DNA of 51,619 nt from Vermamoeba vermiformis. Its lineage: Eukaryota. The notes under the pieces were generated by a model, which was not told the DNA's origin, searched no databases, and saw only the letters and a program-made list of their open reading frames with translations. Each line of letters begins with the position of its first letter. Within the stretch, counting starts at the first letter, position 1. The DNA lies in assembly GCA_045837725.1 (NCBI GenBank), contig JBEWZL010000211.1, forward strand, positions 62,001 through 113,619, in the 5' to 3' direction. Both the position numbers and the translations under genes were made by a program. Shown piece by piece: positions 25,501 to 38,000 of this stretch.

Positions 25501-27840
25501 CTTCTTTCCAACTTATCTTACGAGCACCTCTGTAAAACTTTTCAGGTTCCTGTACAATATTAGTATCCAGCTATCAGAATGCAATTCGTACATAATCAGA
25601 AGCATCTAAGCAATGATTGACAACCCGCAAGTACTTCTTCACTTGAAGCAATTGGGGATCAGGAAGAGCTTTCCGTCCTAGTGGGCTATCTCCATCTTTA
25701 AACAGAAATTCATTGTTTTGAGCTTTTGGTTGAAGAAAGTAGTGCATAGTTTGTATAAATTCTGCTATATGTGAGTAAAAGTGATAATTAGGGCTCTTTT
25801 TAGAGTGACACTAACCTGGTAGGTCGAAAGATTGCACATATGGAGGGTTATGAGAGGTGGCAGACTTAAGATGTGACTCCAAGAGGCTTTTGCAGTGCAA
25901 GCTTGCTACAGCAGCAACTTGAGCAAGTTGGTGGTCTGCAAAATTGGCAACAAAGAGACTTAAAATTCTCTTCAAAATTTCGAGCTGCAATGGGCTGTCA
26001 GTATCCCATATCACCAGGAGCTTGACTGTTTTCTACACAATATTGTTAGTTTACACAAAAAAAATCAATTGGTCTCTAAATACCTTTCGCTCTGCCAGCT
26101 TTTCAACAAACTTTTCACTGAAGTTTTTCTCATGTTGTTGAATAAACAAGTTGATATCATGAATTTCTTTTGATGGGAAGATCCAGGGCATGATTTCTGT
26201 TGAAGGATCCCAGTTGTCCTATGATGCGATTAGACAAATGACAAATGAGCAGAATCATAGCTAACTTACTGTATCAGCTGTGTGGTGAATTGTGATGTGT
26301 TTGTTAATATATAATGCATGCTTAAGCAATCCATCATACTGAGAATTGTGATCCAGATCAATAATTCCATCAATTGGTAGATTAATCAGACCAGCCACTT
26401 TGTGTTGATTTGCCTCAGAAATAGAACTAGTAATGACATACAGGGACTGAAGTGCAGGTGATTTGTCAAGACCAGCGCACAGAATAAACCCATGAATGCC
26501 AGCAGCTTCAGTCTTGTCAAGAGTGAAATTTTTCCAAAATTCTTTGCTCTCTTGAGAATTATCTTTGACATGAATTGACCGAGCTGTGGACCCATATTCT
26601 TTATGGCGATAGTAGATGGTATCTATAGAAGGTAGTTAGATAAATTTTGATGGATACAATGTACCTTTTTTTAATTTGCCTCCAATATCTTGTTTTGGGA
26701 ATATAGCCCTTCTCTGGTGGCGGGCTTCCATTGGTATTGCAGGAATTTCAATAATATAGAACAATTTTGGTTCAGAGCCCTTTTGGAATATATGCTTGAA
26801 TGGTGATGGCTGTGGAAGTGCGTATGTCAATACATGCAAAGTGAAGCTAAGTGAAGAATCAGCATTCTCAAAGAATTTGGATGAGAATATTCGCAACACA
26901 TTCTCATCTGGCTCTAAATTCATAAAGTTAGAAACGTGAAAGCATTCAGGCCAATTGACTTACTTGCTGACTGATTGCATCCAATCAATTCAAAGTTAAC
27001 TCCAGCATTTGGCACTGTATGTTCCTTTACACCACAGATAATGTAACCTGGCCTGCACACACGGTGAGGTGAGTTATAGATGCTCACTGCACTGCGAATC
27101 CAATGAGTGAGGCCATCAGACCAATTTTGTACACTTTCCCATCGTTCAGGTGCAGGAAAGTACTCTTTGTAATCAAGAAAACACATTTCACCATGCTGAA
27201 GAAGGTTTTCAAACTCTTCAGTTGTGAATTTGGGTTCAGGAACCGTTACTTCTGGTCTCTGGACTGATGGCAGAAGAGAAGGAACTTGTTGAAGGACTTG
27301 CTGCCTCTGTGCCTCGTTTAGGTTGGAAAACATGGCTATCATTGCTGCAACTTGTGGGTCTTGTGACCGAGGCGTGTTATTTTCGGGACCTTGGAGTTGC
27401 TGTTGGGGGCCAAAGTTTCTTGGTGGAGGCATCATTTCATTAATAGGAAGTATCTGCTGCAATTGTTGGATCATAGCGAGGGATCCCTGGGGCTGAGGAC
27501 TGCCGGGATATTGCGGACCCATGGAATGTTGAGGACTGATGGGATATTGAGGAACATTGTATAGTTGACGGTGAGAAGGCAAGCCAGGCGGATATTGGGT
27601 CGGGTAATTAAACTGAGGCGGGTAAGGGGACCAGTACGGAGACGTGTTGGGGAAAGACGACGGAACGGGGTTGTAAACGTTGAAATTAGGTGTCGGCGGC
27701 AGTGTGTGGTTATAGTTGGCCCGCGACTGATTTTCAGGACGATATTTGTAATTTTGTTCGTCATCTGCAACGTTATTTAATACTACACAACTTTCCATTA
27801 ATCTCTTACCTTTGTCCTCTACAGGATCATTTTTCTCCAT
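22592..27840 (-). CDS. SAMD9: SAMD9/SAMD9L-like protein: P/Q-rich N-terminus, AlbA_2 (Schlafen-like) nuclease, SIR2-like region, STAND P-loop NTPase, TPR, OB-fold; multi-exon
   Basis: AlbA_2: GEMCFLDYKE..AVSIYNS..GYIICGVKE. Then IIDLDHNSQYDGL and PWIF; EKFYRGARKISW..YVKR; YYRPGAGGTTLVRSVMW; VLIVLK|DVDD; TPR-like HVQGHYGRYL; C-terminal AIIGLSLDGLAA. The order matches remembered SAMD9 motifs. Confidence 0.82.
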
Positions 27841-29256
27841 TATTTGTGTTTGTTTTGTGGTGGTGCATGAAGGAATAAATAAATATTTAGATCGAAAATC
27901 TCCAGCTTTTGGTGCGGAAAAATGCTTCTTTACAACTTTGGCGGCAGACTAGTAATTAATTAGTGTTTATATCGAAGGGACAAGGAGTTAAACTTCAAAT
28001 TAATAGCTTGCCACCGCAGATGCGGCTACTTACTAGCAGGGAGAAGAGGTCGGAGTTTCGCCGCCGTGGTATCGGAATAACTCTGAACCAGCTTGATAAA
28101 TTTTATCATGCACGATTTGCCCTGATGCATTCACTACAATTTGTTAATACGAATTTTTCGTTTTCCAAAACTGCGTATCTAACCCGAAGCACCCAATTGA
28201 TATTTTATTCAATGAAATGCGGGCATCCCGTTCTCGTGGGTGCATTTTAAAATATTAAGATAACGATATTCAATTTAAATCCGATTAATTATCAATTTAC
28301 CTATGTTCGCGAAGGTCATCTGCGCCATATCTGGATTGCTTTCAATTGCTATCTGTTTACGCATGTTGCTTATAGAAGGGCTTTTGTTAACAAAGCGAGC
28401 ATTGAATGACGATTGATTTGTTTTTGCTTATTATTGTGCGAACACAAGCACAAAGGGTGGCGAGTTGGTAGGATCATCCAAGAACAATTAAGTTTGATCA
28501 ACCTTAAGGCCTAATATTTGGCTCTAACCGATCGTGGTTTCACATCCAAAAGTAATATTTATGATTCTTTATGATAAATTTTACTAAAAAATATAATTTA
28601 TATATTTAATAAAGGCACGTCCATACTGGCTTAAATTGTACGAATTTCGCAGTTGAAAAAAAAATAATGGATTACGATCTGCCCCGAAATCCGTTCTACC
28701 AGATCTCGCAACAAATTCCGTATTGGCTTACAAGCTCCTGCGACCCTACTGGTGGCGCTCTTCTATGGACAAATAGATTGTTACAAGTATTTTGGAGCTA
28801 ATTACCTTCTCACTGGAGTTAGTCGGCACACGCGCCGAAGATCAGCAAGATCAAGCAACAGAAAATGCTACTCGTGAAGACGACTTGAACTAGGTGCGTG
28901 TCGCAGCACTTCGTGACCCGCTCATTTCAATTGCGTCGTATTCAATACAATGCATTTACCACTTGACAGTATTGGTTCGAAGCGGGAACGAAGTAGTACA
29001 GCTCTGGGGTAGTCAACTTAGTACCAGTAGAGATTTGGTGAGTCTTGGCAGAAGAGTATGTATTGCATAAGCGTTACTTACGCAGATCGTGGGACTAAGC
29101 CACATACTTCGTACGGAAGCGCTATTAACTTCTTCTTGCTAGCAAACGCGTCCCTGACAATACTTCGGCGAAGGAACTGAATTTCAAATTTAGTGTTAAT
29201 AAATAATTTTATATGCCAGTATCGCTTAAATAATATTTATTCGACGCTCTAGAACT

Positions 29257-29733
29257 TCAATGTTTCAGATTCGGCCAGTACGTGGCGTGTAACGGCGCGC
29301 CCTCCTCTTCCAAGATAGGTCCTTCGACTTTAACCACTCTCGCCTTGCCTTTTGCGAATATTTCTCTGCACGGAGTTAAAAAATCATCGCCGGCGTACTT
29401 AGCCAGCGTAGTTTCAGAACAGCAGTACACGACGTGCGAGATCCCGCCCCAGTACATTCCGCCAGAGCACATCATGCATGGTTCAGTACTAGTGTATAGT
29501 ATAGACTCGCGGAGTACTTCAGGAGCGATGGTTTTGCCGGCTAAGCGGACCAGATTCGTTTCTGCGTGACCGGTCGGATCTTTATCCGAATTAACTGTGT
29601 TTTCAGCTTCGAGTATAATCTTGCCATTATGTACTAATAATGCTCCAAAAGGATGATTTCCATGCTCTACTGCGAGTTCAGCTAACTTAATAGCTCGTCG
29701 AATAAATTCGTGGTGGTGTTGTGAATCCGTCAT
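29257..29733 (-). CDS. Zn-dependent nucleoside/nucleobase deaminase (CDA superfamily, TadA/guanine-deaminase-like), intronless
   Basis: GNHPFGALLV, DPTGHAE, LYTSTEPCMMCSG; uninterrupted 158-aa ORF. Confidence 0.92.
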   Translation of the reverse strand: MTDSQHHHEFIRRAIKLAELAVEHGNHPFGALLVHNGKIILEAENTVNSDKDPTGHAETNLVRLAGKTIAPEVLRESILYTSTEPCMMCSGGMYWGGISHVVYCCSETTLAKYAGDDFLTPCREIFAKGKARVVKVEGPILEEEGAPLHATYWPNLKH

Positions 29734-30359
29734 TTCTATTTAATTGTTATTGTTAGTACATGAACGATGCGATAATAACTACGGTAATATATAAATATTT
29801 GTTAACAATAGGGAGTTCTGAATTCGTTTCGCGTTGAACGCGATAAAAGATTTTATTAACAGTGCTGGTGATTAATTTATTGTAATAATTCCATAATTTT
29901 AAAATTATCTCTGATATCACCGATAATCGTTATATATAACCTCGATCAAAATAGTCGAAAGGAATTTTTATTTTTTAGTTACTATAATATATATTTTTCT
30001 TAATTTCTCTGTTGTTTGCAGAAATTACGAGTATTCGTTTCGTAATATTTGAATAAATATTAGTATAATATATTTATAATATTCTCATGCCGGTAGATGT
30101 TTCGTTGTGGATGTGATAAATAATTTGACTTACTTCAATTGAATTAATGATACAACTGATATGTGGTGTTTTGTAATATTTGCACTATTGTTTTATATAA
30201 CAAATAATAAAGAACAATTAGGAGGTGACTTGATGTCACATCAAATTAGGCGGTTCACAATCAAGGGGAAATTTCTTAGCTTAGAAACACGTGAACAACG
30301 TTTCCCGACAGAAAATCTTGTTTAATTTACATGCGATAACTAAGTGACCACAATACGTA

Positions 30360-31406
30360 ATGACGCATATTCATCTATTATTCTACTTTATCATTGGGCT
30401 TTTTGTAATTGGATCCAGAGCCTCTGGCGAGAATGAAAATAATTTCTACGTTTGGACGACTTACAGCGATTCAAAATGCACAAATCCTATTGGTCAAATG
30501 CATTATTATGATTGGTCCTATAATGTAAGGATATAATTATCAACAGACTTTTGAAAAATTATTTATTTTTTAGTGCGATCCGCTCAGTTCGTGCACCCAG
30601 TACTGGACTAGCGGGCAGTACTATAAGCTCGATTGCAATCAAACATTGAGTAGGTCCGTACCTAATGGATGGACAGCTGTCTATAGTGATAACCAATACC
30701 CTGGAGACCTTGGATCGCAAGTGCCGTGCCAGTATCCAGATCAAGTTTACGCAGGTAAATTTACATTGTAATTACTAGAGCGGAGGTTTTAATATTAATT
30801 AGGCATACCTAATACATGTATTGTTTTTACTACGATAATGAATGACTCCCACTCGATGATTCTGAGCGAATGCGTTGGGGATAAAAAATCCTTAAATTCT
30901 ACAATTCTGTCAATTGCTCCTCTGACAATTATGACGATTTTATTATTATTTTTAACGAGACATGCCCATTGCACGAGAGCTACTTGGCCTACGTTCAAAA
31001 CAGTTGCGGATCCTCTGCGGAGCCCTTGTCGTCTCCAACGGCTGAACCAACTACTGCAAATAATCCAGTAGGATCACCAACAAGCAGTCCTATACCTTCC
31101 GACACTCCAAATCAAAATCCTGTTGCTGCGCCGAAAGATCCAGATCCTCCTGTCGGAGTTCCCTCCGCTACCCCTCAGAGCGGACCAGTAGCGTCAAATG
31201 AACCCATAACTTCTGTGCCTAATAGTAGCCCACAGTTTCTGTCTCCGACAGTGGCTGAAGGTCCAATAACTCCTACTAACGAAGCTCCAACTGATTCGCG
31301 AAACCCAGTTGCGGCTGGATCCACGCCTCGGTCGTTAACTTCAGCCGCGAAAACTGCAGCGATTTCATTGTTAGCGATAGCTTACGCCACAATATCATTT
31401 ATGTAG
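30360..31406 (+). CDS. Secreted Cys-containing surface protein with a P/S/T-rich stalk and probable GPI signal; apparent frameshift at about 30885
   Basis: Signal peptide MTHIHLLFYFIIGLFVIGSRA; two introns; Cys-rich N-domain; mucin-like stalk; hydrophobic tail AAISLLAIAYATISFM*. Confidence 0.75.
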
Positions 31407-31655
31407 CTTATTATAAACAGCTATGAAGATAGAAATTGACACGTGTCACCGTATCAAACTTTCTCGTGTTTAATGTCACCGAGCGCTTAAGATTAACTTC
31501 AATCCTACGTTTCCAAATAAGGTTTATTGCGTTAAGATTACGAAGCCAAATTTAAACTTCAAGCGCTTGTATGACGGTCAATCGTACGAGAAAGTTTGAT
31601 ACTAGTTTTTGTTTTATTGGTAAAAATTACACTGATCTATGATTCGTGCGCAGGT

Positions 31656-34420
31656 TTATTCTTCTTTTTCAGGCTTGTTTCCGTCTTCAATAGCCAACTT
31701 TGATACGAGGTCGCTCAATGCAGTCAAGGCGTTAGTGCCCTTTTTGTCGTTCGGATGAGGCGGGTATTTGTGCGGCTCTTTTTTGCCTTTGCGAGTTCCA
31801 ATGATTGCAAAAACGAACGTAAAAATTACCGTTGTCGCGCCGTAAACCGCCAAAAACACCCAATCCAGAATATTTGCAGCATCTTGACTGACATGCGTGG
31901 CAATAATTGATGCAATGACATTTTCAACAATGCTCAGCATGATGCACAGATAAGTCACGAAGAAATATCGCGAAATGTACGTGCTGTGTGAAACTTTGGG
32001 AATTTCTGCGGCGATAACGAAATTGAACGCTACCTAAAATAAAATATTTGTATTCTATTAATAGGTGTACTAATCCAGAAGATTTGGCCGAAAATACAAC
32101 TTGGATCCGATCCGTGAAATAATTGAAATTTCACTAATCCCGGATCTCGAAGAAATATTCATATATATTATCAAGATCAGTAAGTATGATATAAATAATA
32201 ATCATAAGCAATGATTTTAAAATTGTTGAGAAATCTTGTATACTTACTGCGGCTAAAAATAGCGTGACACCGATGGCAAGTCGTGCATCTAGTGCGGTAG
32301 TGTCGACAAAAAACACACCCCACTCCATAATACTGATCATGAATACGAGTGCAATAATATTCTTCAAATAATAGCCTGTCTTGCGCTTCAATTGCACCGG
32401 GAGACATAACTGCGAATAATCGCGCATGTCTTCAGCGCCCCATTGGTGTTCCTACGAGCAAAAAAAATTATCAAATTTAGTTTTTTCACTGAACGGCGAA
32501 AAATTATTGCAAAGCTTCAATGGGAATATAAAAAACGTACCTCAACAACTTCGAGAGGCATTAAAATCTCAAACTCTTGCATGTCCATATTTGGTATCAT
32601 CGATTCCAATTGATCGCTAAATAATAATATTATTAATAATTAGTATTTTTTTTTTTGTAACGGTGCGTCGGATCTTGGATGCAACTTACGCAGTCGTAAA
32701 ATTGACCAATTTCAACATGTCTTCAGCCCACGAATCCGATTTAATACGCAAGCTAATATAAAAGTTAATAATGATAATACTTGATTAATAATGTAAATTA
32801 ATTGCTTACGAAATGGTTTGCTGATCGAACGGAAAATTTTGCAGTTCAAGTGGCACGTGGACTGACGCGCGGAATTTCTAAATTAAACAATCAATTAGAA
32901 TATCAATGTAATTACTATTATATAATGTTATAACCGAATTAATTATACCTTGTAGTGATTGACAATTCCGTACGGAGAAAACGCATCCAAGATCCACCAC
33001 TAAAAAATCGTTAGAATAAAATAATAAGTGATGTTTAATATACAAATAATACGTACTGAGCCTTCAGAGCCTTCAGGCACTGGTTTGATCTTGAACGTGC
33101 TTTGCAAATGCAGATCTGGGTTCCAAACACTTTTCTTGTCGAAGTCATCGCCAGTTTTGCCTAAAAAGGAAATCGTTAATCTCCTCGCTTAACTGACTTT
33201 GCAATTATACATAATCACTAAATTTCTTAAGAAAAATATTATCGATCGATTAAAATGGATCCAAAATTATTTTTACTAGGATACTAAATAGATGAATAAT
33301 TAGATTAATTAAATCATTTTTTTCTCAGAAAATGTTGCATAAATTAATTGCGCAGTAAAATTACTATGTATTTTTTCGGTGATGACAAAAAAACGTACCG
33401 ATGAGACTTTTATCGCGCCACCACATGTTCAATCCAAATTCCACGAAACAGCTTTCATTTGCAGAATCAAAGCTTTCCATTTTATTCACGAAAATCGTCA
33501 CGAGCACGTGATGGTAATCGAGTTCCTCTGGTGGTTCGGGATCCAACGTCGTTAAAGTTTTGATACTATGGACAATAACGGTTAGATACGCGCTATTAGA
33601 TATACTTATATGTAGATGAGTCATAAATGATAATATTTTTGCGGTAGTAAAAGCAGCGGAACGGATCCGATCTGCTTTTTTTTAAGGCGCAAAAAAATCT
33701 TCGTTTAAATTGCTATCTTAGGCCGTCAAACTTGAATATTATACTTGCATAATATTCATATTAAAGGTAGTATAAAATAGGAGATAAATCCGTAAAGTTT
33801 AATTAGTAAAAAACAGAATTCTAAAATGTGACCTACGGATGATAAATTGTGAATTCGTATCGATCAATCGATTAAACTTACACTTTTTCAGCGAGCATTT
33901 CAAAGTATGTATCTGCTATATTATTAAGAGCTGATGACGCGCCTTCTGGACCTTGGATCGAGTTTTTGGATGCTTTCGATCGTTGCGAAACTTTGCTTTG
34001 CTTTGAGCCTTTCGAGGCTGAAGATGATACAGATGACCTCGAGCTACGCTTCACTATAAATTATAATCATTTTGAGTATATTTCTGAATTTTTTATTGAA
34101 TTTTTAATTGTTTAATTTTCGGTTGACCGGTCAAAATTCGTGATTAAGGTATATTATAGCAAGTAAACTACTTACTAAGCTCGGTTGATTTTCGGGCGTT
34201 ATTTTCATCTAATTGGAAAGCATTAGTATCGATTTAGTGATGTTGGATGTCGCACAAATTAAATTAAATTAATGATTTTATGAGTCATTTTACGGGCATT
34301 TGGATATAAATAATGTAACGTAGTAATTATTCGCTAAATATTACTTTTTTTCTGCGCTGGCTGTTGTTCGGATGAGGACGAGTCGTCTGAAGAATAAACA
34401 CGAGGCTCGTTAGTCGCCAT
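31656..34420 (-). CDS. Cys-less (Pro-loop) pentameric ligand-gated ion channel subunit, multi-exon
   Basis: VEFGLNMWWRD, VWNPDL, LELQNFPFDQQ (no loop cysteines), LKRKTGYYLKNII (pre-M1/M1), ARLAIGVTLFLAA|VAF (M2), IPKVSHSTYI (M2-M3), M4 LDWVF; Ser-rich N-terminal exons. Confidence 0.9.
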
Positions 34421-35008
34421 AACGTCTAATTACAATATATATAGGATCTGTTGTGTTGTATATTATAATATCAAATAAAATGGCTGCCTTATTCGTCGGT
34501 TGAATATTTAAACGAAAAAAAAAATTATTTCCGTTCGTTGAACCCAATAACAGCTTAAAAGTGGAAAATATCTTACGTACTCTATAATATACATGAATGG
34601 CGTAATAATTAAGTACAATCTTCGCAATATTCGTTCAAAATTAATTCAGGAAAAACGATTCAAATTCGGATCTGTTCCGTAGATCGCTCTAGGGTTGTTT
34701 TCTCTCTCTTCGTTATTCTTAAGCTTCGCTTTATCGTGACCTTTTTGCCTATTTAATAATATTCAAGCTAATGACTGACTTAGCTGGGAAGTTCTGCCAC
34801 ATCTGCCGTTCACGGATGAAATTCCTTCGAGCAAACTGCGGTAAATTTACACGTGCATGGTCGTCAATTAGGAAGGACTATGTTACAACGTGCCAAAGGA
34901 TTATTTCTCCAATGCAAACCTTTTCCAAATAAGGTAATGTGGAAAAAACAAAAAGCTGTTTTTTTAACGGAGTCCCTTAGAAAACTGATCTGAAGAACAC
35001 ATAACAAC

Positions 35009-38000
35009 ATGATACGTAGAATAGCATTATTTGTTATTCTAGCACTATTTTGCGCGTATTCATTGCCACAAGCAAAAGGTTCGTACAGCAAATCCGTTAC
35101 GGAGTTATCAATTTGCTACAAAATTTAAATTATTGCTACGCTAAGAAATTATATTAATATAATTTATATAGCTCACGATATCCAAGTCGCGTTCTTGTAC
35201 CAACACAATGTCTCTGATTTCGGATGGACCTTCGCTCATGATAGTGGCCGTTTGAAGATGCACGAAAACTTGGACGCTAAATACAACATTTACTCTGAAT
35301 ACTATGAAGTCGCTCCTACTGATGCTAAGATCAACGCTTGTCTTGCGTTGGTCGATGGCTACGCATCTCGCGGATTCAATTTAATCGTTTACACCAGCTC
35401 GACTTACAACAAATGTTCCCTTCAAGCTTCGGCTAAATACCCGAGTATTAAGCACTTATCGGTAAGTAATCTATATTAAAGTCTCGAAGCAGAATCACAA
35501 AATTTCTTTTTTGAATTTGCCTGATATATTCTTCTCGTTTCTAACATAAATTTATCGTTTTAGATTGGAGGCAGTAACACTACGGATAACCTCGCCTGGG
35601 CGTTCGCTAAAATCTATCAAGTTCGCTACATTAGCGGCTTGATTGCTGGCGCTATGACCGAGACTAACAGCATTGGATATATGGCCGCCGTTAAAAACGC
35701 TCAAGGTACGTTAGTTCGAGCGAATAATATCTTATTACTACGGCTATGTTGCTATGGATTAATTAGCTGCAGCATAGAAAAACCTTGTTGCCTATTTTGG
35801 GAAATTTCTAAATTTGGCTAATTTTAATCTCGTTAGTGAGATACAATCTGAACGCCTTTTACTTGGGCTTGAAACGAACCAATCCGGACGCTAAGATGAA
35901 TATGTACTGGGCTGGCACCTTCTTGAACGTAACTATCGAAGACTACGGCTTAAACTCGTTGTTGAATGATTACAACATAGATGTGGTCAGGTAAATTTCA
36001 GCAATGTAATTAACGGAGCAATATAACTTACGGAATAATTATCATAGCTATCAAACGTCTATTTATGCGGCTAAGTTCGCCCGCGAGCATGAGATTATGA
36101 GTATTGGTTACTCAACGGATGCACGCATCTTCTATGGCGAACAAGTGCTTACTTCGTTGCTCTTTGATTGGGGTGCTATTTATACGAGACACGTCGAATC
36201 AATCTTAAATGGCACATGGTCCAACCAAAGTCTATTTTTGTAAGTACAAATCCCACGTCCGCATCCAGCCGAACCCAAGTTCTGTTTTTTATCTTGCGCG
36301 TGCATTCTAGCTTATTTAAACGATAGAAAATTATTATATGACGCAAATAGCTCTATTTTCCAACTTTTGCCAAAACGGCTTTAGCGATCGCGCAAGAATT
36401 AATTAACAATTTTTAGGGGTATGGATCAAGGCGCAGTCAAATTAGCTGCAGTGAGTCAAGCCGTAAGATCTAATAGAAACCTCTTTGCCCTCATCAACGA
36501 CGTTGCTGCTCAATTTGCCGCTGGAAACGATACAGTTTACTGCGGACCGGATGTGGCTTCTTATTCTCCTGGTAAGCACGCAAGCATCTTAAAAATAACC
36601 ATAAATATCATATTATATCTCCGAGAAGTGATTCAATCTAAATTTGCCAAGTTTTCAGTTGTGGATCATCGATTAATTAAAGCTTCTAATTTTAGCTCTG
36701 GCCAATGGATGTCTCTCCGAAGGTCAAATACTTTCAATGAGCTTCGTATTGCCTGGCATTAACGATCTCGGTGTTATTACCGTGCCGGACATTGTTTACG
36801 AAGGTAAGCCAAGCTTAATAACAATTTCAATCTTTTTACAATTATGGCAAATTTCAAAGGCTCACCTCATGCGACAATATATTATGTATAATAGCCATAT
36901 TTAGCATATACAAATTGAACGAGACGTTGTTGATTAAAATCAACGAAATTTTTGTAGCGAAAAACGCAACATTTTTGCCGCTAGTTTTAATTAATTCATG
37001 CAACGTCGAGAATCCACAATATAACATATATTATGCTATAACTATTATTTTGTTATTTTAATTATGACTTACGTCGTACGAATTAGAACTGTACGTGGAC
37101 TACGGTGAACCACTTGGCATTGCGTTCATGGTGATCGCTGCTGTCTGCATTGCTGGCACTGTGGTAGGTGTTAATATTAATATGATACGTTGTAATTATA
37201 CACGTAATATTGATTCATTTGAATAGCAAGAGAATTTTTAAAAGTCAAATCTAAAATTATTTTTGGTTTTAATTGCTTTAATTGACATTTTGTAGCGAAT
37301 CTTTATCGTAAAATAATCCAATATATTATTTAATATTTTTGGGACGTATTCATTAAATATTCTGATGCTTACCGGTTGTCATCTAGGTTATCATGATCTT
37401 GACTGGCATTAAGAGAACAACGAAGGTCTTTATCTCTGCATCACCTTTATTCTGCTTCTTGATTCAAGGCGCTGGTATGTACTTTTGTTCAATTAGTTAA
37501 ACAAACAAAAAATTGCTCCTCCTCCGGATCCTGCAATGAATTTGCGCGGTTAGATCGCCAAATCCAATCAAGTTTTTCATATGATACGGCCACGAGACTA
37601 TACAAATTATTAATATAGCTCTTATTCAGCTATTGTCGGCTATTCCGCTGTGTTCACTTGGACCGGCAAACCCTCGCAAGGCAACTGCATTGCTCGTGCT
37701 TGGCTCGTGAACATTGGCTTCATTCTCTTGTACTCGTAAGTAGCTACTATAGGAATAACTATATAAGGCAAAGATAGCTCTATAAACGAAACTCTAGCAA
37801 AATTTTGTTCGTGTAAAGTATCTGATCTGCTCCGATCCAAAATTGCAAAATTTTTGTTATGAAGCTAAATTAATTACAACACGTATCAATCGATAGGTAG
37901 ATATTAATTATTTCCTTATATAGAGCGTTGTTCGCGAAGAGTTGGAGAATTTGGGTCATTTTCCGCAGCGCCAAAACACTTCGTGCACGAGTCATCAAAG

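Noticed and set aside
25570-25590. Ultra-short 21-nt intron in the SAMD9-like gene
   Set aside because: A 42-nt intron with an ACTAAT branch site and a tgtacag acceptor keeps the frame and is more plausible.
27963-28250. 95-aa ORF
   Set aside because: Non-ATG start, no motifs, and it lies in the promoter region of the SAMD9-like gene.
22530-28300. Transposon carrying the SAMD9-like gene
   Set aside because: No transposase, terminal repeats or target-site duplication could be found by eye.
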